NCBI RefSeq assembly: GCF_964213995.1
Contig: NW_027590175.1
Location: 806,001-870,000 of the forward strand
From: Mustelus asterias
Lineage: Eukaryota
Reading direction: 5' to 3'
Length of the DNA stretch: 64,000 nt
Shown: positions 46,057 through 58,755 of the stretch, in pieces
How the letters are laid out: every line of letters starts with the position of its first letter
Numbering within the stretch: position 1 is the first letter of the stretch
Made by a program: the position numbers and the translations under genes
The notes under the pieces: model-generated
The model's database searches: none
What the model was told of the DNA's origin: nothing
The model's input: only the letters and a program-made list of their open reading frames with translations

Positions 46057-46389
46057 ATCGTAGGATCCCTGCAGTACAGACGGAGGCCGTTCTGCCCATC
46101 GAGTCTGTACCAAACACCATCCCACCCAGACCCTATTCCCATAACCCCACACATTTACTCTGCTAATCCCCCTCACACAAGGGTCAATTTTAGCATAGCC
46201 AATCAACCTAACCCGCACACCTTTGGACCGTGGGAGGAAACAGGAGCACCCGCAGGAAACCCACGCAGACACCAGGAGAATGTCCAAACTCCACACAGAT
46301 AGTGAATCGGACCAGGGACCCAGGAATTGAACCTGGGTCCCTGGCGCTGTGAGGCAGCAGTGCTAACCACTGTGCTGCCGTGCTGCCCC
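46057..46389 (-). mobile_element. HE1-like SINE
   Basis: GGGGCAGCACGGCAGCACAGTGGTTAGCACTGCTGCC head on the minus strand. Confidence 0.85.
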
Positions 46390-46798
46390 ATTTTATAAAT
46401 ACCATGGAAGCAGTTCAGAGGAGGTTTACTAGATTGACTCCCAATCCAGTAGTGTGAAATGTTAACACTGTTTCTCTCTCTACAGATGCTGCCAGACCTG
46501 CTGCGTTTTTCCAGTCCTTTCTGTATTTATTTTAGATCTACCTGTAGTGCTAGGAAAAACACTATTTACTATCCAGGATTAAATAAATGTCCTTCATCAG
46601 CTTTTGTGGATCATTTCAGTGGCAATGTGCTCTCCCAGGCTCAAAGAGCATCAGCCCACTGGAAGCAAAGTTGTGAGACCGGCCCGTCCAGCAGAAAGAA
46701 TCTCTCCTACCCTTCCACTTCACCAACTATAAGAATAAACATGGTTCAGTCCTGGATGTGATTAATGGCAGGAATAACAGCAGAATCCAACCCTGTCA

Positions 46799-47641
46799 TC
46801 ACTTGTGAACTCGCTGGTGTCTCCGCAGGCTGGATGACTGAGTGAATCCCTTCCCACACACACAGCAGGTGAACGGCCTCCCCCCAGTGTGAACTCGCTG
46901 GTGTTCCTGCAGGTTGGATGATGATCTAAATCTCTTTGTGCAGTGAGAGCAGCTGAACGGTCTCTCCTCAGTGTGAATGCGCTGGTGGATCATCAGATCC
47001 CCAGAACGTTTGAAACTACTTCCACAGTCAGAGCATTTAAAGGGTCTCTCCTGGGTGTGAGTGAGATTGTGACTCAGCAGGCTGGATGAATGAGTGAATC
47101 CCTTCCCACACACAGAGCAGGTGAACGGTCTCTCCCTGGTGTGAATTCGCTGGTGCTCCCGCAGGTGAGATAACGTTCTAAATGTCTTTGTGCAGTGAGA
47201 GCAGCTGAACGGTCTCTCCCCAGTGTGAATCCGCTGGTGGATCGTCAGTTCCCGAGAGCTTTTGAAACCACTTCCACAGTCAGAGCATTTAAAGGGTCTC
47301 TCATTGCTGTGAGTGGCTTTGTGTTTTGACAGATTGGATAACTGCATAAATCCTTTCCCACACACCAAGCAGGTGAATGGTCTCTCCCCAGTGTGAACGC
47401 GCTGGTGTCTCTGCAGATCGGGTAAATGAGCGAATCCGTTCCCACACTCAAAGCAGATGAACGCTCTTTCTCCAGTGTGAACCAGTCGATGTCACTGCAG
47501 ATGATATAACCGAGTGAATCCCTTCCCACACACAGAACAGGTGTGCGGCTTCTCTCCAGTGTGAATACGTCGATGAATTTGCAGCTCAGAGGGGGTTTTG
47601 CAATCCTTCCCACAGTCCCCACATTTCCACGGTTTCTCCAT
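46799..47641 (-). pseudogene. C2H2 ZNF-5 (10 fingers) with a single in-frame TGA in finger 2
   Basis: ATG 47641 (MEKPWKC) is in frame with ORF 46799-47368; CTG CAG TGA CAT at 47494-47492. Confidence 0.75.
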
Positions 47642-47798
47642 GTTGCAGGTATCCTTGTGTTGCTCCAGGTTTGACCATCAGTTGAAGTCTCACACGGAAC
47701 AATATTATGGTGCCCTGCTGTGATGGTGCAATATTGTTTACGGCCGTGTAACTGGGAAGCTCTTTCCACAGTCAATCCACGGGAAAATCTCAGTTGAT

Positions 47799-47825
47799 TG
47801 TGTGTGTGTGTGTGTGTGTGTGTGT
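47799..47825 (+). repeat. (TG)n microsatellite
   Basis: Visible TG run, within the fossil-finger HTHT region upstream of ZNF-5. Confidence 0.9.
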
Positions 47826-50119
47826 CAGTCCTGTTCCAGTCACACTGATGTTTAAAGACTGCTAAAGCAGGCAGAACAGAGAAACATTTCTCCTTCTGGG
47901 TTCAAAGGCCGATAGCATTCAGGTCCCGATGAATTGAGTGAGTTTGTCAGATGTTGACGTGATGTTTGATTCGAGATTTCTGTCTGTAAAATCCTCACCT
48001 TCTGATATCCTGTAAAAGGAGTTAACAAAATTCATCATTTCAATACAGGATAGAAATTCAGAACAGACAATTCTAGCTTCTTTGGAACATTCTTTCCTCT
48101 CTGATTCCCCAAAAGCTGTAAATCTCCATCCCACACACTCTCCCTCCATTCTCCCTCTGCTGTATCTAATATTCACCCTCCCAATTCTCCTGAAGGTGCT
48201 GATTGAGGCTGATTGACAGATCCATGCTCACTGCTTCCTGTCCTGGACACAGAGAGCTGAAAATCTCAATGCAGGCGGCCAGACAGATAAATGTCCATAT
48301 GACTGGACTAAAACTGTGTGGAATATATGCACTGGATTCACTTCCTTTCCCTTCAGTTGCTGCAAGTCCCCAATTTCCAGCAGAATGAGAAAAGAAATGG
48401 AAAGGGGGAACATATTCTGTTAGTTTGTTCTTTATTGTCGATGTCAGGCTGGGGTTGTTTTCCTTGGAGCAAAGGAGGTTGAGGGGAGATTTGATAGAGG
48501 TGGACAAGATTCTGACAGGTTTAGATAAAGTGGACAAAGAAAAGCTGTTCCCATTAGCTGATGGGACAAGGACGAGGGGGGACACAGATTTCTTGTTTTG
48601 GGTCAGAGATGCAAGGGGAGGAGTGGGGGTGGGAGGGGGTGGGGGGGGGGGGGGGGGATAGATGTTAGGAAGAATATTTTGATGCAGCGAATGGTAATGA
48701 CCTGAAACTGGCTGCCTACGAGGGTGGAGGAAGTGGAGACAATAAACAATTAAAAAGGAAATTGGATGGGCATTTGGGATGTTCCAAACAGAACGAAGAA
48801 CAAAGAAAATTACAGCACAGAAACAAGCTCTTTGGCCCTCCAAGCCCATAGCAACCATTCTGCCCGTCTGAACTAAAACCCCTACCTTTCCGGGGACCAT
48901 ATCCCTCTATTCCTATGCTATTCATATATTTGTCAAGACACATCTTAAAAGTCACTATCGTATCTGCTTCCACTACCTTCCCCGGCAACGAGTTCCAGGC
49001 ACCCACCACCCTCTGTGTAAAAAAACCTGCCTTGTACATCTCCTTTAAACCTTGCCCCTCGCTCCTTAAACCTTGCCCCTCGCACCTTAAACCTATGCCC
49101 CTCATAATTGACTCTTCCACCCTGGGAAAAAGCTTCTGATTATCCACTCTGTCCATGCCCCTCATAATCTTGTAGACTTCTATCAGGTCGCCCCCCTCAA
49201 CCTCCGTCACTCCAGTGAGAACAAACCAAGTTTCTCCAACCTCTCCTCATAGCTAATGCCCTCCACACCAGGCAACATCCTGATAAATATTTTCCGTACC
49301 CTCTCCAAAGCCTCCACATCCTTCTGGTAGTGTGGTGACCGGAATTGAACACGAGATTCCAAGTGCGGCCTAACTAAGGTTCCATAAAGCTGCAACCTGA
49401 CTTGCCAATTTTTAAACTCAATGCCCCGGCCGATGAAGGCAAGCATGCCGTATGCCTTCTTGATTATCTTCTCCATCTTCATTGCCACTTTCAATGGACC
49501 TGTGTACCTGTACACCCAGATCCCTCTGCCTATGAATACTCTTAAGGGTTCTGCCGATAACTGTATATTTCCCATCTGTATTAGACCTTCCAAAATGCAT
49601 TACCTCACATTTGTCTGAATTAAACTCCATCTGCCATCTCTCCGCCCAAGTCTCCAACTGATCTATATCCTGCTGTATCCTCTGCCGGTCCCCATCGCTA
49701 TCCACAATTCCACCAATCTTTGTGTCGTCCACAAACTTACCAATCAAACCAGTTACATTTTCCTCCAAATCATTTATATATATGTTACAAACAGCAAAAG
49801 TCCCAGCACTGATCGCTGAGGAATGTCACTTGTCACAGCCCTCCATTCAGAAATGTACCTTTGCAATGCCAACCTCTGTTTTCCTCTAAATATCTCTAAA
49901 CTTCCTCACACCCTGTCACTCTGTGATCCTTGTCACATTTGAAACCAGGTATTCGCAAAAAGACTCAAAGAGCATCAGCCCACTGGAGGCTGAGACCAGC
50001 CAGTCCAGCACAAAGAAACCCTCTGACCCTCCCCATTGACCAACTGTGAGAATGAACAAAATGCAATCCTGGATGCAACTGAGAGCAGAAACAATAACAG
50101 CAGAATCCAACCCCTGGAA

Positions 50120-50794
50120 TCACTTGTGAACTTGCTGGTGTCTCAGCAGCCGGGATGAAACGCTGAAACCCTTCCCACACTGAGAGCAGGTGTATGGCCT
50201 CTCTCCAGTGTGAACTCGCTGGTGTGCCTGCAGCTCGGATGGCTGAGTGAATCCCTTCCCACACTGAGAGCAAGTGAACGGCCTCTCCCCAGTGTGAATT
50301 CGCTGGTGTGCCCGCAGGGTGGATAACTGAGTGAATCCCTTCCCACACTGAGGGCAGGTGTATGGCCTCTCCCCAGTGTAAACTCGCTGGTGTGTCTGCA
50401 GGCTGGATAACTGAGTGAATCCCTTCCCACACTGAGAGCAGGTGAACGGCCTCTCTCCAGTGTGAACTCGCTGGTGTGTCTGCAGGCTGGATGACCGAGT
50501 GAATCCCTTCCCACACTGAGAGCAGGTGAACGGCCTCTCCCCAGTGTGAACTCGCTGGTGTGACTGCAGGTGGGATGACTGAGTGAATCCCTTCCCACAT
50601 TGAGAGCAGGTGAATGGTCTCTCCCCAGTGTGAACTCGTTGGTGAATCCGTAAGCTGGAGAACTGATTAAATCCCTTCTCACACCGAGAGCAGATGAACA
50701 CCTTCTCCCCAGTGTGGCTGCGCCGATGAGCTTCCAGCAGACATGGGGCTCTGTATCCCTTCCCACAGTCCGCACATTTCCATGGTTTCTCCAT
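50120..50794 (-). CDS. C2H2 zinc-finger protein ZNF-6 (8 fingers)
   Basis: MEKPWKC start, 224 aa; paralogue of ZNF-4. Confidence 0.9.
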   Translation of the reverse strand: MEKPWKCADCGKGYRAPCLLEAHRRSHTGEKVFICSRCEKGFNQFSSLRIHQRVHTGERPFTCSQCGKGFTQSSHLQSHQRVHTGERPFTCSQCGKGFTRSSSLQTHQRVHTGERPFTCSQCGKGFTQLSSLQTHQRVYTGERPYTCPQCGKGFTQLSTLRAHQRIHTGERPFTCSQCGKGFTQPSELQAHQRVHTGERPYTCSQCGKGFSVSSRLLRHQQVHK

Positions 50795-52399
50795 GGTGCA
50801 GGTGTCTTTGCCTCTCTCTTGGGTGGACAATTAGTTGAAACTTCGTCCACACACAGAACAAGATTACAGTCTCTACCCGCTGTGAATGTTGTGATATTTG
50901 TTCAGACTGTGTAACTGGTTAAAGCTCTTTAGTCAGTGCATTGGAACACTCTCACTCGAGTGTGGCAGTGTGTTGATGCTTTTTCACTCACACTGACATT
51001 TCAAATCTTTTCAAATTGACAGACTGGACAATCATTTCTCCTTCTGGATTCAAAGTCCGATGATATTGAAGTCCCAAGGAATATGACTCTGTCACGTCTA
51101 GACGTGACGTTTGAGATTTCGACCTGTGATTCCTCTTTCAATATCCTGTAAAATGAGTTTACAAAAGTCATCAGTGTCAGTACAGGATAGAAATTCAGAA
51201 CAGACAATTTCTATGGAACATTCTTTCCTCTCTCATTCCCCAAAAGCTGGAAATCTCCATCCCACACACTCTCTCCCCATTCTCAGCAGGTCTGGCAGCA
51301 TCTGTATGGAGAGAAAAGAACTGATGTTTCAGAGCTTTGACAAAGGGTAATCGAGACAAGAAACATCAGCTCTTTTCTCTCCTTACAGATGCTGCCAGAC
51401 CTGCTGAGATTTTCCAGCATTTTCTCTCTTGGTTTCAGATTCCAGCATCCGCAGTAATTTGATTTTATAAGGCTGCAGATACCTCCTCCCAAGTAACATG
51501 CGTGTGCCCAAGACATCACCACTTGTTTCCCTTATTTCTTTCGCACCCATGGTGCTCTCCTTGGTAAACACAGAGGAGAAGTATTCATTAAAAATCTCAC
51601 CCATCTCCTGTGGCTCCACACACAGATGGCCATACTGATTTTTAAGGGGATCTATTCTCTCTCTAGCCACCCTTTTACTCTTAATATAGCTATAGAAACT
51701 CTTGGAATTTTCTTTAATCTTACCTGCCAGATCCATATCAGACCCTCTTTTTGTCCTCCTGATTTCCCTCTTCAGTATTTTCTTACACTTTTTATAATCA
51801 GAGTGATTCACTTGTCCCTGATTGCCTAAACCCAATGTCTGCTTCCTTCTTTTACCTGACCAGAGCCTCAATGTCCCTTGTCTGCCAGAGATCCTTAAAT
51901 TTACCATTCTTTCCCTGCATCTTAACAGGAATATACTGCCCCTGGATTCTTGATATCACACTTTTAAAACCTCCCATTTGCCAGTCATTCCTTTCCCTTC
52001 AAACAAACTCACCTCATCGACATCTGCTCAATCCTGCCTCATGCCCACAAAAGTGGCCCTGCTCCAGTTTAGGGCCTGGACCTGTCCTATCTTTTTCCAG
52101 AACTATTTTGAAACTATTGGTGCTCCCAATAGTGCTCCCTGACTGACACTTCAGTCACTTGCTCGACCTAATTTCTTAACTGTCTAATAGAAAGTGAGTC
52201 CAGGAATTGATGATGAAAAATAAGGAGCTGGGAGATGAATTGAACAAGTATTTTGCCTCGGTGTTCACAATAGAGGATACAGTTAAAACTCAGAAACAGC
52301 TGGAAATCAGAAAACAGAAGTGTGGGATGAACTCTGAAAAAGCACAATTCCCAGGGAAGTGGTCCTCAGCAAACTGTTGGAGCTGTGGGCTGATGAGTC

Positions 52400-52731
52400 C
52401 TCGGGTCCTGCTGGGCTTCATTCTCGGGTCCTTGCTGGGCTTCATTCTCGGGTCCTGCTGGGCTTCATTCTCGGGTCCTGCTGGGCTTCATTCTCGGGTC
52501 CTGCTGGGCTTCATTCTCGGGTCCTGCTGGGCTTCATTCTCGGGTCCTGCTGGGCTTCATTCTCGGGTCCTGCTGGGCTTCATTCTCGGGTCCTGCTGGG
52601 CTTCATTCTCGGGTCCTGCTGGGCTTCATTCTCGGGTCCTTGCTGGGCTTCATTCTCGGGTCCTGCTGGGCTTCATTCTCGGGTCCTGCTGGGCTTCATT
52701 CTCGGGTCCTGCTGGGCTTCATTCCCGGGTC
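52400..52731 (+). repeat. 23-bp minisatellite, about 14 copies, derived from CR1 sequence
   Basis: Unit CTCGGGTCCTGCTGGGCTTCATT; single copy at the paralogous site 35831-35861. Confidence 0.95.
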
Positions 52732-52779
52732 TTAACAGAGGGAGATAGTTGGTGTTGATCAATTTTCGAAACCGTCCGT

Positions 52780-53395
52780 CGCCATTACCTGCACTGCGCA
52801 TGCTTCAGGTCCCGCTCCTCATTCACTCCGATTGGTTGGAGGACCAGCCGTTCCCGTTCGGTCCTCCAGCCCCGCCCCCTCTTCCTATTGGTCCGGACTT
52901 GCCATCAATCAGTACCCAAGTATTGTGATGTGGAGCATGCGCAGTGTCATTGCTGGCCTTGGCGCTTGTTTGTCCCGGAGAAGCGGAGTCAGCGTTCGGC
53001 GGTGGCTGGGAGGATTTGGAAACACTTTGTGGATCCGCAAACCCTTCAGAATCATTGTCAGCTCCCTGGTTTGCAGCTGCGGGGCTTCTCCCTCCCTCCC
53101 TCCCGGGAACAGGCCCAGGTTAACGGCCCCATCCTGGCTCAGCCACTGGAGGATGGTTCACATCAGAGGATGGGGCCAATAAATAAGAGGTTACACTTTG
53201 GCCTCAAATCAATGAGGACTCTGATCTCTGGGAAGGAAACCCTGGGAGGTGGGCGGGGAGGATTCACAAACACCCGCTGGAGGCCCCAACACCCCCAATA
53301 AGACCCATTGGTTTTATTGTCAGTCTGCAGACAGGAGCTGGAGAACTGAACCCAGACAAAGGAGAGGGAGGGAGAAAACTGGGAGTGGAGGAAAG
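52780..53395 (+). promoter_or_regulatory. CpG-rich promoter / first-exon region of ZNF-7 (inverted paralogue of about 32825-33730)
   Basis: Near-identical ORF-track translations (33015-33704 and 52832-53182); NRF1-like, CCAAT and GC-box motifs. Confidence 0.6.
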
Positions 53396-54485
53396 TGAAT
53401 TGTCTGTTCAGCATTTCTATTGTGGATTGACACTGAAAGATGTTTGAAAACTGCTTTTACACATTATTACAAATTGACGATTTGCACACAGAAAACTCAA
53501 CTCCAAGAGGAATGTTTGTCTCTCTGTGATTTCTATTCTGCATTGACTGATTATTTTTGTAAACAGAGATTACAGCTTTCAGGAAAGATTAAATGGATTG
53601 AAGTTTTTTCCTGTAGAGCAGTGACCTGATAAAAGTCTTTAAAATTATTCGTGGCTTGGACAGGGGAAAATGTGGAGAGAATGTTCCACTTGTGACAGAG
53701 TCTAAAAGAAGGAACGATCAATAAACAAAGAGTCATAAATACAAGATAGTTACTAATAAATCCAAGAAGGCAATAAGGACAAATTTCTTCACTCACAGGT
53801 TTAGAATCACCATCGAAATGAGTTGAGGAAAGTGCTGAGATTGTTTCAAAAGGAAATGAGAGAAGCACACGAGAGAAAAAGAAATAGAAAAATCAACTGA
53901 AAGGCTGAGATGAGGTCTATGGGACAGGAGAAGATGTGTCAAGTATAAAGAGTTAAACTGAATGGCTTGTTTATGTCTTGTGTATTCAAAGTAATTCAAT
54001 GTAAACTCCTTTTCCAGAATATCTGCAGACGGGCGATTCAAACCAAACATCTCGGGATCTGACAGTGTCACATGATTCTTCAGGATCTGAATATCAAAGG
54101 CCTAGGAATGTGGAAGGAGAAACGTTTGCCTATTTTGTTTTTGGGAAATTATTCAACATCAGTGTGTCTGGAAAAGCCCCGAGACACAGACATCTCAGTT
54201 ATTTTTCCACAGTCAGCTGGAACGGAGCTTTAACCAGTCACACAGCGTGAAAAGAAATAGCACATTTACATCAGGTAGACACCGTACTCGTGTTCTTTGT
54301 GTGGACCTGGTTTCAACTGATTATATAACCTGGAGAGACAGGAGGACACCTGCACCATGTGAACAAGGAGCAGCAATAGGCCATTCGGCCCCACGGGCCA
54401 GTTCCGCCATTTAATAACATCATGGCTGATCTGATAGTGAGCTCAAATCTGCATCCCGCCGACACCCGATAGCCTGTCAATAATC

Positions 54486-55621
54486 ATGGAGAAACCATGG
54501 AAATGTGGGACAGGATTCAATTACCCATCTGAATTGGAAACCCATCGACATATTCACACTGGGGAGAGACCATTCACCTGCTGTGTGTGTGGGAAGGGAT
54601 TCACTCAGTCATCCAGCCTGTACACACACCAGCATGTCCATACTGGTGAGAGGCCATTCATCTGTCTTCAATGTGGAAAGGGATTTAATGCTTTATCAAA
54701 CCTCCGGACTCACCACCAGGTTCACTCTGATCAGAGACCTTTTAATGTTGTGAGTGTGGGAAGAGCTTTAAAAGCAGAAAGGATTTGTTGATTCACCAAC
54801 GCACTCACACTGGGGAGAGGCCTTTCATCTGCTCCGTGTGTGGGAATGGATTCACTCAGTCATCCCACCTCCTGACACACCAAAGTGTTCACACTGATCA
54901 GAGACCATTTCAATGTTCTGACTGTGAGAAGAACTTTAAAAGTAAAAAGGATTTATTGATTCATCAGCACACTCACACTGGGGAGAGGCCGTTCATCTGC
55001 TCCGTGTGTGGGAAGGGATTCACTTGTTCATCCCAGCTCCTGAAACATCGATTTGTTCACACTGATCAGAGACCTATCAATTGTTCTGAATGTGATAAAA
55101 CATTTAAAAGCAAAAAGGATCTTCTGAAACACCAGCACACTCACACTGGGGAGAGACCATTCATCTGCTCTCTCTGTGGGAAGGGATTCACTCGATTAGC
55201 TCACCTTCTGAGACACCATCGAGTTCACACTGGGGAGAGGCCATTCACCTGCCCTGTGTGTTGTCAGGAATTCATTGATGCATCTGACCTTCTGATACAC
55301 CGGCGAGTTCACACTGGAGAGAGACCTTACACTTGCCTCCTGTGCGGCAAGAGATTCACTCAGTCATCCCACCTGACTACACACCAACTTGTTCACACTG
55401 ACCAGAGACCTTTTGAGTGTTCTGATTGTGAGAAGAGATTTAAAAGTAAACAGAATCTGCTGAAACACCAGCGAGTTCACACTGGGGAAAGGCCGTTCAA
55501 CTGCTCCATGTGTGGGAAGGGATTCGCTCAGTCAAACAACCTGCTGAAACAGCAAGTTCACAGGCAACAGCAAGGGTTGGATTCTGCTGTTATTGCTGCT
55601 GTTCATCACACCCAGGACTGA
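54486..55621 (+). pseudogene. C2H2 ZNF-7, disrupted
   Basis: First finger partly deleted (KCGTGF), frameshift near 54745, last finger lacks a His; a CR1 tail fragment (about 54359-54484) is inserted at the start codon. Confidence 0.75.
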
Positions 55622-55679
55622 ATGATGCCAAGATGCCTGTTTCCAGCGGTGTTCACAGTTTTCTGGTATGTGTCAATAA

Positions 55680-56115
55680 TTTTGGCTCAACTGTGTGGAA
55701 AATGATTGCTAAGTTTGCATCTGATACAAAAGTTGCTCCCATGGTTGACGATGAGGAATAAAGCTGTGGACAGCAGGAAGATATTAATGGACTGGGGGGT
55801 TCGTCAACACAAAAATAGCAAATAGAATTCAATCTGGATCAATGAGAGATTGAATTTGGGAGAGTAAATAAGACAAGGGGATGAACAATACATGGGATGA
55901 TGTTGAGAATTATAGAGGAACAGAGGGACTTTGGAGTGCATATCCACTGATCCCTGAAGATGGCTGCACATGTAGATCAGATGGTCAAGGAGGCATTTGG
56001 GACACTTTCCTGTCTGAGGCCTGGAATATAAGAGCAGGGAGATTACGTTAGAACTGATAAAAGACGAGTTAGAACACAGCTAGAATACTGAGCACAGTTC
56101 TGGTCACTGCATTAT
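55680..56115 (+). mobile_element. Old CR1 fragment
   Basis: KFASDTKV, EEQRDFGVHIH and LEY*AQFWS remnants. Confidence 0.6.
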
Positions 56116-57389
56116 CCAACTATAAAGTGATACATGATTCATTAATTTGTATAAAACTGATAATTTATCATATAATTGCAGATAATGTTTAATTCATCAA
56201 ATTTAGGAGATAAATAATTATAAGGTGACTTCAGGAAAATGGAAAAGGCTGATTAGTGACTAGCTGAAGAATCTTTATTTATTTTAATCTTGAGTTTACT
56301 TTTCATAGAATCCCTACAGTGCAGAAGGAGGCCATTCAGCCCATCGAGTCTGCACTGACTCTCAGACAGTGTCTCTAGAGGAGTTGGATTCTGCTTTTGT
56401 TGCTGCTGTTGATCATATTTAGGATTGAATCATATTAATTCTGGCTTTTATTTTGCTGATGTTAACTCCTGTAATGTGGCTGGAGTTTAATATTTTAATG
56501 CATCAAATAAATCAGCTTTGTTTCAAACAGACAGCGTTTCGTGTGGTTCATCTCTAAGATGTCATGAACATTTTCCCTTAAATCGGCTCTGGAAATGTAT
56601 TTAACAGAAGATCAACAATTAAATACATCGCATCAAATAATTGGGAAAAATCCACTGAGGGCATTCATTTCTCAATTAATTCTGTTCTGGAATGTTCTGC
56701 CTGAAAGGGGATGGAAGCAGATTCAGATGCATCTTTCTGAAGTGAATTGGATCTCCAGTTGAAGGTAAAGTTAGCAGGGCTCTGGGGAAAGGGGAGGGGA
56801 GTGGGGCGGATGGGCAGCTCTTTCAAATGTGACAGCCCCATGAGGCAGCTGTATATTGACAGGAGAAAGGCTGATGTCCAAATACCCGAGAATAACAAGG
56901 AAGTTGTGATGAACCAAAATAAAACATAGGTTCAGCTTCAACTGGAGCATTGTGGCCAACTCCGGATCGATCGCTATAGAAGGAGGTGAAGACATTGTAG
57001 AGGATGCAGGAAAAAATCATGAGACTGGTTCCAGGGATGAGAAACTTCAGTTATGAAGGTCGATTGGCAAAGCTGGGGCTGATCTCTCGAGAGAAGAGGA
57101 GGTTCGATAGAAATATTCAAAATCAAGAGGGATTTGGACAGAGTAGATCGGAAGAAACTATTCTGATTAACAAAAAGGTTAAGAAGCAGAGGACACAGAT
57201 TAAAGGTGATTTGTGAAATAAGCAATGGTGATTTGAGGAAATCCCGTTTCCAGAGTGAGTGGTTAGAACCCGGCGTGCACTGACCCAGTGTGGGGAGGAG
57301 GAAGGTTCAAACAAGATTTCAAAACACAACTCAATAATTATCTGAAGAGAAAAAAAAATGTTCAGGGTTACGAGAGAAAGACTGTGTAC

Positions 57390-57935
57390 TGACCGAGGGA
57401 GAGGCCGGGAGTGACCGAGGGAGAGGCCAGGGAGGGATGGAGGGAGAGGCCAGGAGGGATGGAGGGAGAGGCCAGGGAGGGATCGAGGGAGAGGCCAGGG
57501 AGGGATCGAGGGAGAGGCCAGGGAGGGATCGAGGGAGAGGCCAGGGAGGGATCGAGGGAGAGGCCAGGGAGGGATCGAGGGAGAGGCCGGGGAGGGAGCG
57601 AGGGAAAGGACGGGAGTGACCGAGGGAGAGGCCGGGAGTGACCGAGGGAGAGGCCGGGGAGTGACCGAAGGAGAGGCCGGGGAGTGACCGAGGGAGAGGC
57701 CAGGGAGGGATGGAGGGAGAGGCCAGGGAGGGATCGAGGGAGAGGCCAGGGAGGGATCGAGGGAGAGGCCAGGGAGGGATCGAGGGAGAGGCCGGGGAGG
57801 GAGCGAGGGAAAGGACGGGAGTGACCGAGGGTGAGGCCGGGAGTGACCGAGGGAGAAGCCGGGGAGTGACCGAGGGAGAGGCCGGGGAGTAACGAGGGAG
57901 AGGCCGGGGAGTAACGAGGGAGAGGCCGGGGAGTG
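57390..57935 (+). repeat. Purine-rich minisatellite (units of about 21-23 bp)
   Basis: Variants GAGGGAGAGGCCAGGGAGGGATC and GAGGGAGAGGCCGGGAGTGACC. Confidence 0.95.
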
Positions 57936-58284
57936 GGACTGGCTGTGTCACTCTCTCAGAAAGCTGGTGTGGGTGTGAACACGATGGGCTGAATGACCTC
58001 TTTGTTTGCTGTCATCGTTCTATAATTGTAGTGAAGGCTCTGAGGAAAAGGGACTAACTGGCAGCTCCTTCAGAGATGATCTTGACCCTGCAATGCAGCT
58101 GTACATTGACAGGACACAGTCACAGTGGCCATGCTGAGTATATCCCTCATCAAGGAGACCACTGTGGAATTCTGCAGCCTCTCTATTTAAATAAAATGCT
58201 GATTTTCTATTCTTCCCAACAATGCGGATAACCTTTTTCCACAAATTATACTTTATCATTCCCACATTCCCATTTACTTACCCT

Positions 58285-58475
58285 ATAGTGTGACGTATTT
58301 TCAGGCTGTGTAACTGGTTAAAGCGCTTTCCACACTCAGTTCACTGGAACACTCTCACTCGGGTGTGTGTGTATCTCGGTGCTTTTCCAGTCACAATTAT
58401 ATCTGAAATCTTTCCCCATGGACAGAATAGACGTAACGTTGCTCCTTCCACATTCAAAGGCCAGTGATGTTCAGG
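58285..58475 (-). pseudogene. Orphan fragment of the ZNF fossil-finger leader
   Basis: GACTGGAAAAGCACCGAGATACACACACCCGAGTGAGAGTGTTCCAG..TTTAACCAGTTACACAGCCTG on the minus strand, with no finger array downstream. Confidence 0.65.
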
Positions 58476-58599
58476 GCTGTTACGGGGTTTCTTCCAGAGA
58501 CGAAGTATTGCCAAAACTTTAGTTAATACAAAGACTTGCAATACAGCATCCTGGTGAAAGGCATTTTTATTGACCAATGTGAGACAAAACACCTGGAAA

Positions 58600-58755
58600 A
58601 TGTGTACAAGGAAGGCCCGAGGCAGGTGGATAATATCAGAATGTGGACCGGCCTCTCGATGGGACAGGCAGTGAGAGCAGCTGAGAAATCAGTGGAGAAA
58701 GATTGTTCAGAGTGCGGCCAATCCTCAGAATGAGGACGGATAAACGACAAGACAC
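58600..58755 (+). mobile_element. RTE-type LINE 3' end
   Basis: GRPR..DNIR.WTGLSM.QAVRAAE..WRKIVQSAANPQNEDG* remnant across frames. Confidence 0.5.

Larger units (their letters stand above)
48409..52770 (-). repeat. Segmental duplication, copy B (inverted relative to 35790-39694)
   Basis: Paired near-identical ORF-track entries, e.g. 36362-36886(+) with 51383-51907(-) and 38063-38257(+) with 49916-50110(-). Confidence 0.9.

Noticed and set aside
52207-52758. 183-aa and 129-aa repetitive ORFs; likewise the 206-aa Pro/Ser-rich ORF at 57331-57951
   Set aside because: Translations of stop-free minisatellites.
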